In this document: piece after piece, positions 52,032 through 59,012 of the stretch
Position numbering within the stretch: the first letter of the stretch is position 1
How the letters are laid out: each line of letters starts with the position of its first letter
Assembly (NCBI GenBank): GCA_964503795.1
Contig: CAZDBT010000003.1
Coordinates: 1 to 63,661 of the forward strand
DNA length: 63,661 nt
From: an uncultured Candidatus Saccharibacteria bacterium
GTDB taxonomy: Bacteria; Patescibacteriota; Minisyncoccia; UBA6257; WO2-44-18
Direction: 5' to 3'
The notes under the pieces: generated by a model
The model's database searches: none
The model's input: only the letters and a program-made list of their open reading frames with translations
Told to the model about the DNA's origin: nothing
Program-made: the position numbers and the translations under genes

Positions 52032-52895
52032 ATGCTTGAACCTTTGCACGAAAAAAAAGTGAAGTTCCTGGAAGAAAAAGCCAACCAGATCCGGGAAGAT
52101 ATCATTGAGACCCTGCTGATAGCCGGTTCCGGTCATTCTGCCGGGCCGTTAGGTATGGCCGATATTTTTACGGCGCTTTATTTCCATGTTCTGAATTACG
52201 ATCCGAAAAAGCCGGACTGGCCGGAGCGAGATCGTCTAGTTCTTTCCAATGGCCATATCTGCCCCGTTCGTTATGTGACAATGGCGCACGCCGGATTTTT
52301 CCCGATGGAAGAATTGAAAACTTTGCGCAAGATAAATTCCCGGTTGCAGGGACATCCGCATCGCGCTTCCTTGCCTGGCATGGAAACAACCTCCGGCCCG
52401 CTTGGGTCGGGACTTTCGCAGGCCGTTGGTATGGCTCTGGCGGCGAGGATGGATAAAAAACGTTACCGAGTTTATTGCGCTACCTCCGATGGAGAGCATG
52501 ATGCTGGCAACACCTGGGAAGCGATCTTGTTCGCGGGAAAAAATAAATTGAGCAATCTGACGGTGATCGTGGATCGCAACAACATCCAGATCGACGGCAA
52601 CACGGAAAACATCATGCCGCTGGAACCGCTGAAAGCAAAGTATGAATCTTTTAATTGGCACGTGCTGGAGGTGGATGGGCACAATATCGAGCAGTTCGTG
52701 GACGCGGTGAGCGAGGCCAAGGCGATCTACGAGAAGCCAACGGTGATCATGGCCCACACGATTCCCGGAAAGGGAGTCAGCTTCATGGAAAATGATTATA
52801 ATTGGCATGGTAAGCCGCCGAATAAAGAGGAAGCGGCTCGGGCGTTGTCGGAACTAAGAACTTTGGGTGGTAAGATAAGGTCGGAACATCAATAA
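52032..52895 (+). CDS. Transketolase N-terminal subunit (pentose-phosphate copy)
   Basis: GHSAGPLGMADIFTALYF, GPLGSGLSQAVGMALA and SDGEHDAGNTWEAILFAG motifs. Confidence 0.85.
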   Translation: MLEPLHEKKVKFLEEKANQIREDIIETLLIAGSGHSAGPLGMADIFTALYFHVLNYDPKKPDWPERDRLVLSNGHICPVRYVTMAHAGFFPMEELKTLRKINSRLQGHPHRASLPGMETTSGPLGSGLSQAVGMALAARMDKKRYRVYCATSDGEHDAGNTWEAILFAGKNKLSNLTVIVDRNNIQIDGNTENIMPLEPLKAKYESFNWHVLEVDGHNIEQFVDAVSEAKAIYEKPTVIMAHTIPGKGVSFMENDYNWHGKPPNKEEAARALSELRTLGGKIRSEHQ

Positions 52896-52919
52896 AAACA
52901 AAATTAAAAAAATAAAATT

Positions 52920-53162
52920 ATGGATAATCAAATGATAGGAGCTCAACAAAATACTTGCGGTAAATGGCATTGGCTGCATCGCTTAGCCGGCTGGAAGGCA
53001 ATGATACTTTCTTTCTTGTCCGGCATCGCTTTGATCTTGGCTTGGATCGCCACTTTTCGTGGAACGGTTTTCGGTCTGATCGCGCCGCATTATTATTGGG
53101 ACGCCTTGATACTAGGCGTGCTTGCTTTGTGCGCCAAGGTGATCTGGGCCGAATGTGAATAA
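52920..53162 (+). CDS. Small two-TM membrane protein encoded between the two transketolase halves
   Basis: 80 aa: WKAMILSFLSGIALILAWIATF and YYWDALILGVLALCAKVIW. Weak RBS, no homology recognised. Confidence 0.35.
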   Translation: MDNQMIGAQQNTCGKWHWLHRLAGWKAMILSFLSGIALILAWIATFRGTVFGLIAPHYYWDALILGVLALCAKVIWAECE

Positions 53163-53176
53163 AAATAAAATAATAG

Positions 53177-54166
53177 ATGTTGAATCCGGAATCCAAACTT
53201 AATCCGAAAGTTCTCGACAGCGATGTCGAGATGAAAGCCGTCCGCGAAGGATATGGTGATGGTTTGGTGATCGCCGGAGAAAAAGATCCGAATGTGGTGG
53301 TGCTCTGCGCCGATCTTACTGAATCCACCCGTTCGTTGAAATTCTCGGAAAAGTTTCCGGACAGGTTTGTGGAGATGGGAGTCGCCGAGCAGAATTTGGC
53401 GGCAGTGGCCGCCGGATTGGGGGTGTCCGGAAAAATTCCTTTCATTTCCTCCTATGCGACTTTTTCACCGGGGAGGAATTGGGAACAGATCCGAACCACT
53501 ATCGCTTATAATGATTCCAATGTGAAAATTGCCGGTCATCATGCCGGTTTGATGACCGGTCCGGATGGAGCGACTCACCAGGCGACCGAGGACGTAGCAA
53601 TAATGCGCGCTTTGCCGAATATGCGGGTTTTTGTGCCCTGTGATTCTATTGAGGCGAAAAAAGCCACGATCGCGGCGGCAAAAATTTGGGGCCCGACTTA
53701 CATTCGTTTTGCCCGCGAAAAATCTCCAACAGTAACAACAGAAGCTACGCCATTCACTCCCGGCAAGGCGGAAGTTTTCTGGCAGTCAAAGAAGCCGGAA
53801 GTAATGATCGTCGCCTGCGGGGTGCTGGTCCGCAATGCCCTAATGGCCGCTAAAGAACTAGAGGAAGAGGGTATTGGTTCAGTGGTGTTGAATGTCCACA
53901 CAATAAAACCAATCGACGATGCCAAGATCAGCGAATGGGCGAAGAAAGCCGGCGCGGTGGTTTCGGTGGAGGAGCACCAAGTCCATGGCGGATTGGGTAG
54001 TGCCGTGGCAGAAGTGCTGGCAAAAACCAATCCTGTTCCGATGGAAATGATCGGGATGCAAAATACTTTCGGCGAATCCGGAGATCCCTGGGCGCTGATA
54101 GAAAAATATGGAATGGGCGTGAAAGATATTAAGAAGGCGGCAAAGAAAGCGATCCGGCGCAAATAG
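53177..54166 (+). CDS. Transketolase C-terminal subunit (pentose-phosphate copy)
   Basis: FVEMGVAEQNLAAVAAGLGVSG and GATHQATEDVAIMRALPN motifs. Confidence 0.85.
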   Translation: MLNPESKLNPKVLDSDVEMKAVREGYGDGLVIAGEKDPNVVVLCADLTESTRSLKFSEKFPDRFVEMGVAEQNLAAVAAGLGVSGKIPFISSYATFSPGRNWEQIRTTIAYNDSNVKIAGHHAGLMTGPDGATHQATEDVAIMRALPNMRVFVPCDSIEAKKATIAAAKIWGPTYIRFAREKSPTVTTEATPFTPGKAEVFWQSKKPEVMIVACGVLVRNALMAAKELEEEGIGSVVLNVHTIKPIDDAKISEWAKKAGAVVSVEEHQVHGGLGSAVAEVLAKTNPVPMEMIGMQNTFGESGDPWALIEKYGMGVKDIKKAAKKAIRRK

Positions 54167-54168
54167 GT

Positions 54169-54303
54169 AACCTTCTCGGTACCCTCGGGCAATTGCTTCT
54201 CGGACACAGAATAACCGGCCTGCTGGCCGGTTATTCTTCTCACTCGGTAGCCGAGCTACCTCCGTGACGTTCCTCGAACCAATCTGCCCTACGACCAAGA
54301 AGG
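54169..54303. ncRNA. Structured repeat element, copy A (candidate novel ncRNA, 3'UTR element or REP-like repeat)
   Basis: Shares ATTGCTTCTCGGAnACAGAATAACC (25/26 nt) and CTCCGnGAyGTTCCTnnAACCAAnnnGCCCT with 57958-58075. 13-bp hairpin AGAATAACCGGCC/GGCCGGTTATTCT, 5-bp hairpin CTCGG/CCGAG, and an enclosing TCTCGGA/TCCGTGA helix. Confidence 0.45.
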
Positions 54304-54340
54304 TTTATTTTATTCTGTTTATTTATGATAAAATGTAAGA

Positions 54341-55360
54341 ATGTTCGGCAATAAATTTGATGTTGTCTGTATCGGCTCCGCTACGCGGGATAATTATTTG
54401 CGCGGGAAATATAAATTGATAGATTGGCCGGAGGCGCCATCAAAGAAGGCGATCGTTCTGCCGTTCGGGGAAAAGTTCACGATGGACGGGGTCTATTCCA
54501 CCATCGGCGGCAATGCCGCTAATGCGGCCGTTACCTTCGCTCGCTATGGTTTCAAAACCGCTTGTCTGGCGAAGATCGGTGATGATCCGGCCGGCCGGGA
54601 ATTTACTCATCAGATGGAGGGCGCGGGCGTGAGTACAAAGTTGATCGTGAAAACCCAAGAAAAGCCCACTGCTTACTCCGTTCTATTATTAGGCGATGGC
54701 GAGCGCACCATTTTGGGTTATCATGGCGCTTCCGATACTTTTACGATGGCGGATGTAGATCTGAATAAGCTGAAGGCTAAATGGTGGTATCTTTCTCTGG
54801 CCGGAGAATCCGATGCGATGTTCTTGCCTTTGATGGAATTTGCGCGGGCCAACAATATCAAAGTTGCCTTCAATCCCAGCGGACATCACATTGATCATAA
54901 AAAAGACGAGATCTTGGCCGGCCTGAAAGATGTAGCTTTCTTGGTTTTGAATACCGGAGAGGCGGCTGATCTATTGAGTATGTCTTATGAAAAAGAAAAA
55001 GAAGTTTTTGCAAAACTGGCATCGCTTGTTCCCGGCGTGGTTGCGATCACTGATGGTCCTAATGGCGTTGTAGTCTCTGATGGTGTTTATCGATACAAAG
55101 CCGGGATTTATAAAGAAAAAGTTGCTACAGATCGGACTGGTTGTGGCGATGCCTTTGGAAGCGGATTCGCAGCCGTATTAGTGGAGGCGGGCGCCAATGA
55201 TAAAGATCCGGAAGTGATCAAAAAAGCGATCGCGTTTGCCAGCGCCACCGCAACAGCCAATTTGGAGGTTTTGGGCGCCACCGAGGGATTATTGACCAAG
55301 GCGGATTTTGAAAATGACCAGAGGTGGAAAAATTTTGATATTAAGGTAGAAAAAATATAA
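54341..55360 (+). CDS. PfkB-family carbohydrate kinase (ribokinase-like)
   Basis: VVCIGSATRD, GGNAANAA and DRTGCGDAFGSGFAA (PfkB signature 2). Confidence 0.8.
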   Translation: MFGNKFDVVCIGSATRDNYLRGKYKLIDWPEAPSKKAIVLPFGEKFTMDGVYSTIGGNAANAAVTFARYGFKTACLAKIGDDPAGREFTHQMEGAGVSTKLIVKTQEKPTAYSVLLLGDGERTILGYHGASDTFTMADVDLNKLKAKWWYLSLAGESDAMFLPLMEFARANNIKVAFNPSGHHIDHKKDEILAGLKDVAFLVLNTGEAADLLSMSYEKEKEVFAKLASLVPGVVAITDGPNGVVVSDGVYRYKAGIYKEKVATDRTGCGDAFGSGFAAVLVEAGANDKDPEVIKKAIAFASATATANLEVLGATEGLLTKADFENDQRWKNFDIKVEKI

Positions 55361-56625
55361 TGGAAAATCACGCAGAAAAACTTTCCCGGATATTGAGAAT
55401 AGACAAAAAGATCCTTACCGATCTGGAGAACAGGCTTAGCATTGTAACGGGCAAGAAGGATGTTTTTCAGAAGATCAATCAGGAAAGCGATGAATTGGTG
55501 ATCGCGCGACGACTGGTTCTCGGTTTGCCACCCAGCTGTTCCGCGCATGAAGTTTATGACGCCTTGATCAGCAAGGTAGAGTCAGACGACTTTGCCATCT
55601 TGAAGGCGCTGAAAACTTCAGGTATGAGTCATGCCGAATCAGCGGTCGCCGTGGTTAATTTGGTCAAAGGTTTGCATCCGCCGACCAATGGCTTCTTTTT
55701 GAAATACGATAAAGCTAAAGAATTGTTGAGAGCCGAGCCGCCCAAAAAGATCCTGGAAGCGATGGGTTATGCCAGCGTGGAGGAACTTATAGAAAAAGAG
55801 GACTTGCTGGAGGTTTTCAGCGCCCTTAGATTTTTGGAGGAATCCGAATGGTTGAACACGGTTTTTTTCAAACAGTATGAAAAATTAACACCCGATGATT
55901 TTGAAAATCGCCCGATCCAATTGCGGGCATTGAACGCGAAATGGGGGAAGGCAGCCGAGAAGTTTGTGGCCAAAAAATATCACAACGTCAGCCATCTGAA
56001 AGAAATGGGCGTGATCTTCGTGATCCCGTTGTTTTTGGGAATTTCCGGAGAGTCGTTGCGTTTGATCAGTCTGCTGCTTCATTACTTGAATGAAGTGAAG
56101 TATTACTCGGAGGTTTTCCAGGACTTGAGCTCTGATGCGAAAACTTTCGCGCCGAAGCTGATCTCTTTGTTGCGTGGCGACGTGGTGGAATCCCGGTTGC
56201 CGGAGCCGACCGATAAGACCAAGACCAGAATTTTGGTCATTCAGCGGTATCTGGCGAAAGATGACGATAATGACTGGCGGTTGTTTGAGCCGCACATCAA
56301 TCCCGAAGCCTTGCATTGGGAAAAAGCCGAAGAAGAAATACAATTGATCAATACTCGCCTGCCGGGTTTCGTGGATAACCTAGAATTTTGGAAAGGATTG
56401 GGTACGGTCGGAGACTTTTTCAAAACCGATATCGGTACGGATGTACTGGTAAGTTTTAATATCGTTGATACCGTGATGGCTCTGGTGAAAAATAAAGAGC
56501 TTATTAAATATCTGTATCATCATCAGGAGGCTTTATGGAACCGGATCTTTGAAGAGTATTTTGGGAAAGAGCAATTGCGGGAAATGAGCAAGAAATATCT
56601 GCTACAGGGTTGGTTTGAAATATAA
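55360..56625 (+). CDS. Hypothetical protein, 421 aa; no family recognised
   Basis: Its ATG overlaps the pfkB stop (TAATG). Soluble, helical-looking sequence, located between pfkB and fba. Confidence 0.6.
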   Translation: MENHAEKLSRILRIDKKILTDLENRLSIVTGKKDVFQKINQESDELVIARRLVLGLPPSCSAHEVYDALISKVESDDFAILKALKTSGMSHAESAVAVVNLVKGLHPPTNGFFLKYDKAKELLRAEPPKKILEAMGYASVEELIEKEDLLEVFSALRFLEESEWLNTVFFKQYEKLTPDDFENRPIQLRALNAKWGKAAEKFVAKKYHNVSHLKEMGVIFVIPLFLGISGESLRLISLLLHYLNEVKYYSEVFQDLSSDAKTFAPKLISLLRGDVVESRLPEPTDKTKTRILVIQRYLAKDDDNDWRLFEPHINPEALHWEKAEEEIQLINTRLPGFVDNLEFWKGLGTVGDFFKTDIGTDVLVSFNIVDTVMALVKNKELIKYLYHHQEALWNRIFEEYFGKEQLREMSKKYLLQGWFEI

Positions 56626-56626
56626 A

Positions 56627-57496
56627 ATGAGAACTTTACGGGAAGTAATTCAAGATGCGGAAAAACGGGGGGTAGCCGTGGGGCATTTTAATATTTCCGA
56701 AACGGCGGCGCTGAAAGCGGTAGCGGAGGTGGCGCGGGAACTGAACGTGCCGGTGATGGTGGGAACTTCTGAAGGTGAGCGGGATTTTTTGGATCCCGAT
56801 GAGGCGGTGGCGATGGTAAAGGAATTGCGGGAGAAGCATGGCCAGGAGATCTATATCAACGCCGATCATACAAAGTCGGTGGAAAAAGCCAAGGCGGCGG
56901 TGGATGCCGGTTACGACGAAGTGCTTTTTGATGGAGCCAAGCTTTCCGCGGAAGAAAACATTAAACAAACAATTGAGGTAGTTAAATACGCGCGAGCAAA
57001 GAATCCCGACATCGTGGTGGAGGGAGAGATCGGGGATATCGGCAGCGGCTCCACGATTCGCAAAGAAATTCCCAAGGGGGCGGCGATAAACCCGGACCAG
57101 CTGACCAAACCGGAAGAGGCGGCGGCGTTTGTGAAAGCCACCGGTATTGATCTGCTGGCCCCTGCCGTAGGAAACATCCACGGGATGTTCGCCAACGCCC
57201 CGGAACCGGCCTTGGATCTGGAAAGAATAGCGGCCATTCGCAAGGCAGCCGGCGTGCCGTTGGTTTTGCATGGCGGTTCCGGCAATACCGATAGCGACTT
57301 TTTAGGCGCGATCAAAGGCGGGGTGGCAATCATCCACATCAGCACCGAATTGCGTCTAGCTTGGAGAAAGGGGATGGAAGAAACCCTAAAAGATAAGCCC
57401 GATGAAGTGGCGCCTTATAAGTTGATGGAGGGATCTATAGAAGAAATGAAGAAGGTGCTGACCCAGCGGCTGAAGCTTTTTAATAAGATTCCATGA
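56627..57496 (+). CDS. fba: Class II fructose-bisphosphate aldolase
   Basis: GVAVGHFNISE, INADHTKS, EGEIGDIGS, APAVGNIHG and LVLHGGSG motifs. ATG 56627 (the track start 56615 is TTG). Confidence 0.85.
   Translation: MRTLREVIQDAEKRGVAVGHFNISETAALKAVAEVARELNVPVMVGTSEGERDFLDPDEAVAMVKELREKHGQEIYINADHTKSVEKAKAAVDAGYDEVLFDGAKLSAEENIKQTIEVVKYARAKNPDIVVEGEIGDIGSGSTIRKEIPKGAAINPDQLTKPEEAAAFVKATGIDLLAPAVGNIHGMFANAPEPALDLERIAAIRKAAGVPLVLHGGSGNTDSDFLGAIKGGVAIIHISTELRLAWRKGMEETLKDKPDEVAPYKLMEGSIEEMKKVLTQRLKLFNKIP
57471..57484 (+). repeat. Direct repeat, left copy (TGAAGCTTTTTAAT)
   Basis: The identical 14-mer recurs at 57932-57945. Together they bracket the DUF4258/DUF2283 pair. Confidence 0.9.
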
Positions 57497-57714
57497 AAAT
57501 AATTCTTACTGACCATGCGAAATGGCGAATTAAAGAAAGAAACATCACGATTCAGACAATAAAATTGGTCCTATCAAGCCCAGATGTTTTGAGACAATCT
57601 TTTGATGATAGATACACTGCCACAAAAGTGGTTGCTGGAGAAACCATTGAGATTGTGTATACTAAAGAAAAAGGCGAAAAATATATAATTATTACAGCTT
57701 ACTATGGAAATTAA
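57493..57714 (+). CDS. DUF4258-family protein (putative toxin)
   Basis: 73 aa: MKIILTDHAKWRIKERNITIQTIKLVL...IITAYY. ATGA overlap with the fba stop. Confidence 0.6.
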   Translation: MKIILTDHAKWRIKERNITIQTIKLVLSSPDVLRQSFDDRYTATKVVAGETIEIVYTKEKGEKYIIITAYYGN

Positions 57715-57910
57715 ATACGACCCAACCGCTAAAGCCGCCTATCTCAAACTAAAAAAGGGGAAAGTCGCTCAAACGATAAAAATAAAGGATTCGCTTATTA
57801 TTGATCTTGATAAGAAGGGTGGCGTTTTAGGTGTGGAGCTTTTGGATTTTGCCCCGCCATTATCAGTAAAGAAAAGTTCGCGCCTTAAGTTGCCGGCACC
57901 AGTCCAGTAA
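57704..57910 (+). CDS. DUF2283-family protein (putative antitoxin)
   Basis: 68 aa: MEIKYDPTAKAAYLKLKKGKVAQTIKIKDSLIIDLDKKGGVLGVELLD. 11-nt overlap with the upstream gene. Confidence 0.6.
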   Translation: MEIKYDPTAKAAYLKLKKGKVAQTIKIKDSLIIDLDKKGGVLGVELLDFAPPLSVKKSSRLKLPAPVQ

Positions 57911-57931
57911 ATTAACGACTCAGGAACAAGT

Positions 57932-57945
57932 TGAAGCTTTTTAAT
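57932..57945 (+). repeat. Direct repeat, right copy (TGAAGCTTTTTAAT) within a remnant of the fba 3' end
   Basis: The remnant reads ..KLKLFNHLE* against the present fba ..RLKLFNKIP*. Confidence 0.85.
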
Positions 57946-57957
57946 CACCTAGAATAG

Positions 57958-58075
57958 CTCGGTCGCATTGCTTCTCGGAAACAGAATAACCCCGCTCCAA
58001 CGGCGGGGTTTTCTTCACCCTTGCCCCGCGTTGCGGGGCTCCGAGATGTTCCTTAAACCAACGCGCCCTCGCCCC
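57958..58075. ncRNA. Structured repeat element, copy B
   Basis: Same conserved blocks as copy A. The hairpin tips differ but still pair (AGAATAACCCCGC/GCGGGGTT-TTCT; GCCCCGC/GCGGGGC). Enclosing helix TCTCGGA/TCCGAGA. Confidence 0.45.
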
Positions 58076-58162
58076 TGTTTTGAGCCACTTGCATTTTGTT
58101 GCGGGGGGGGGCGATAATGGTGGTACGTCGAAATATAAATAAAAATAAGTTTAATTTTCAAT

Positions 58163-58846
58163 ATGCCAAAGTCACCAGAGGGAGGATATGTGCCATCGCC
58201 GGAAGAAGAGAAGAAGGCCGGGGAAATGATGGCGCCGGAAGAGGAGTCAAAAGAAAATAAAGACCTTGAACTGATGAGGGGGAGTAAGTTTTTTGATAGC
58301 AAGGGCCACATGATTGAATTCGGTGAGAGGGGTGATGTTACAGAATATGTGCGCGCCAGAGAAAACACGGGGCAAAGCATGAAGGACAAATTAAAGGACA
58401 TACTGACAGACCGAATAATAGAGGTGCCTACAAGCCGAGGTATTGAAAAGTTCGAGAAGTCAGGCAAGGCAATGGAGCCAGAGGAGTGGCTAGAGTTTTT
58501 TGAGGAGCAAGCATCGGACTTGAAAGTTGCGATTTCGGAAGAGGAAAAAAAGTTAACCGAGATGGAACGCAAGTTGACCAATTTTGACGAGGATCAGAGG
58601 GTCAAGAAAGAGCAACGAAGGGCGATGCCTCAAAAACCTATAATCACAGATGAACAAAAAAAAGAATTGGGACTTGAAGGAATGGTTTTTGGCGAACCAT
58701 TCGATCTCGATGATGATAAGGCTTTTTTGGAACAAGACATCGTAGAGATTAAGCAGCACTTGGAACGACTCAGGGCGCTATTGAATTTTTTCCAAAACAA
58801 ACAGATTAAGCTTGACGCAGAACTTAATAGGGCACAAAACAATTAG
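58163..58846 (+). CDS. Glu/Lys-rich coiled-coil hypothetical protein
   Basis: 227 aa, charged low-complexity sequence. The antisense ORF 58015-58581 (Ser-rich) is judged a shadow. Confidence 0.5.
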   Translation: MPKSPEGGYVPSPEEEKKAGEMMAPEEESKENKDLELMRGSKFFDSKGHMIEFGERGDVTEYVRARENTGQSMKDKLKDILTDRIIEVPTSRGIEKFEKSGKAMEPEEWLEFFEEQASDLKVAISEEEKKLTEMERKLTNFDEDQRVKKEQRRAMPQKPIITDEQKKELGLEGMVFGEPFDLDDDKAFLEQDIVEIKQHLERLRALLNFFQNKQIKLDAELNRAQNN

Positions 58847-58873
58847 CAAAAATCCGCCGAGTCGCTAGTGGTG

Positions 58874-58938
58874 CCGTTTGCCGCTCCGACGTGAACAGTC
58901 GGAGCCCCGACCGCAAGCGTCGGGGCTGGAGCAAACGG
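58874..58938. other. Compact three-way-junction-like element (twin hairpins inside an 8-bp helix)
   Basis: CCGTTTGC...GCAAACGG encloses CTCCGAC-GTGAACA-GTCGGAG and CCCCGAC-CGCAAGC-GTCGGGG, which are directly adjacent. Confidence 0.4.
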
Positions 58939-58975
58939 AACGGGTTGAGGGAAGAGAGGATTGTTGAGCGAATCC

Positions 58976-59004
58976 TTGTCAAAATAACCGAAATCGCTTA
59001 TTAT
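58976..59004 (+). promoter_or_regulatory. Candidate promoter placing the L25 start codon at or next to the TSS
   Basis: TTGTCA, a 17-nt spacer, then TATTAT. The ATG at 59013 is 8 nt downstream and there is no Shine-Dalgarno sequence. Confidence 0.4.
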
Positions 59005-59012
59005 TTAACCCA

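Noticed and set aside
54169-54303. Reading the repeated element as an integron attC site or as a coding remnant
   Set aside because: The attC core sites (RYYYAAC...GTTRRRY) are not matched (GAATAAC and GTTATTC fail the R/Y pattern) and no intI gene is present. Minus-strand translations of the two copies share short conservative stretches (G.(I/V)G.RN(V/I)(T/S)E and YSVSEKQ). However, the frames break at the hairpins, and the stems are preserved by compensatory changes, which argues for RNA/DNA structure rather than protein.
58015-58581. 188-aa Ser-rich minus-strand ORF
   Set aside because: It is antisense to the Glu/Lys-rich ORF 58163-58846 (GAA/AAG codons read as Ser/Phe/Leu on the other strand). 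It also runs through the structured repeat, so it is judged a low-complexity shadow.
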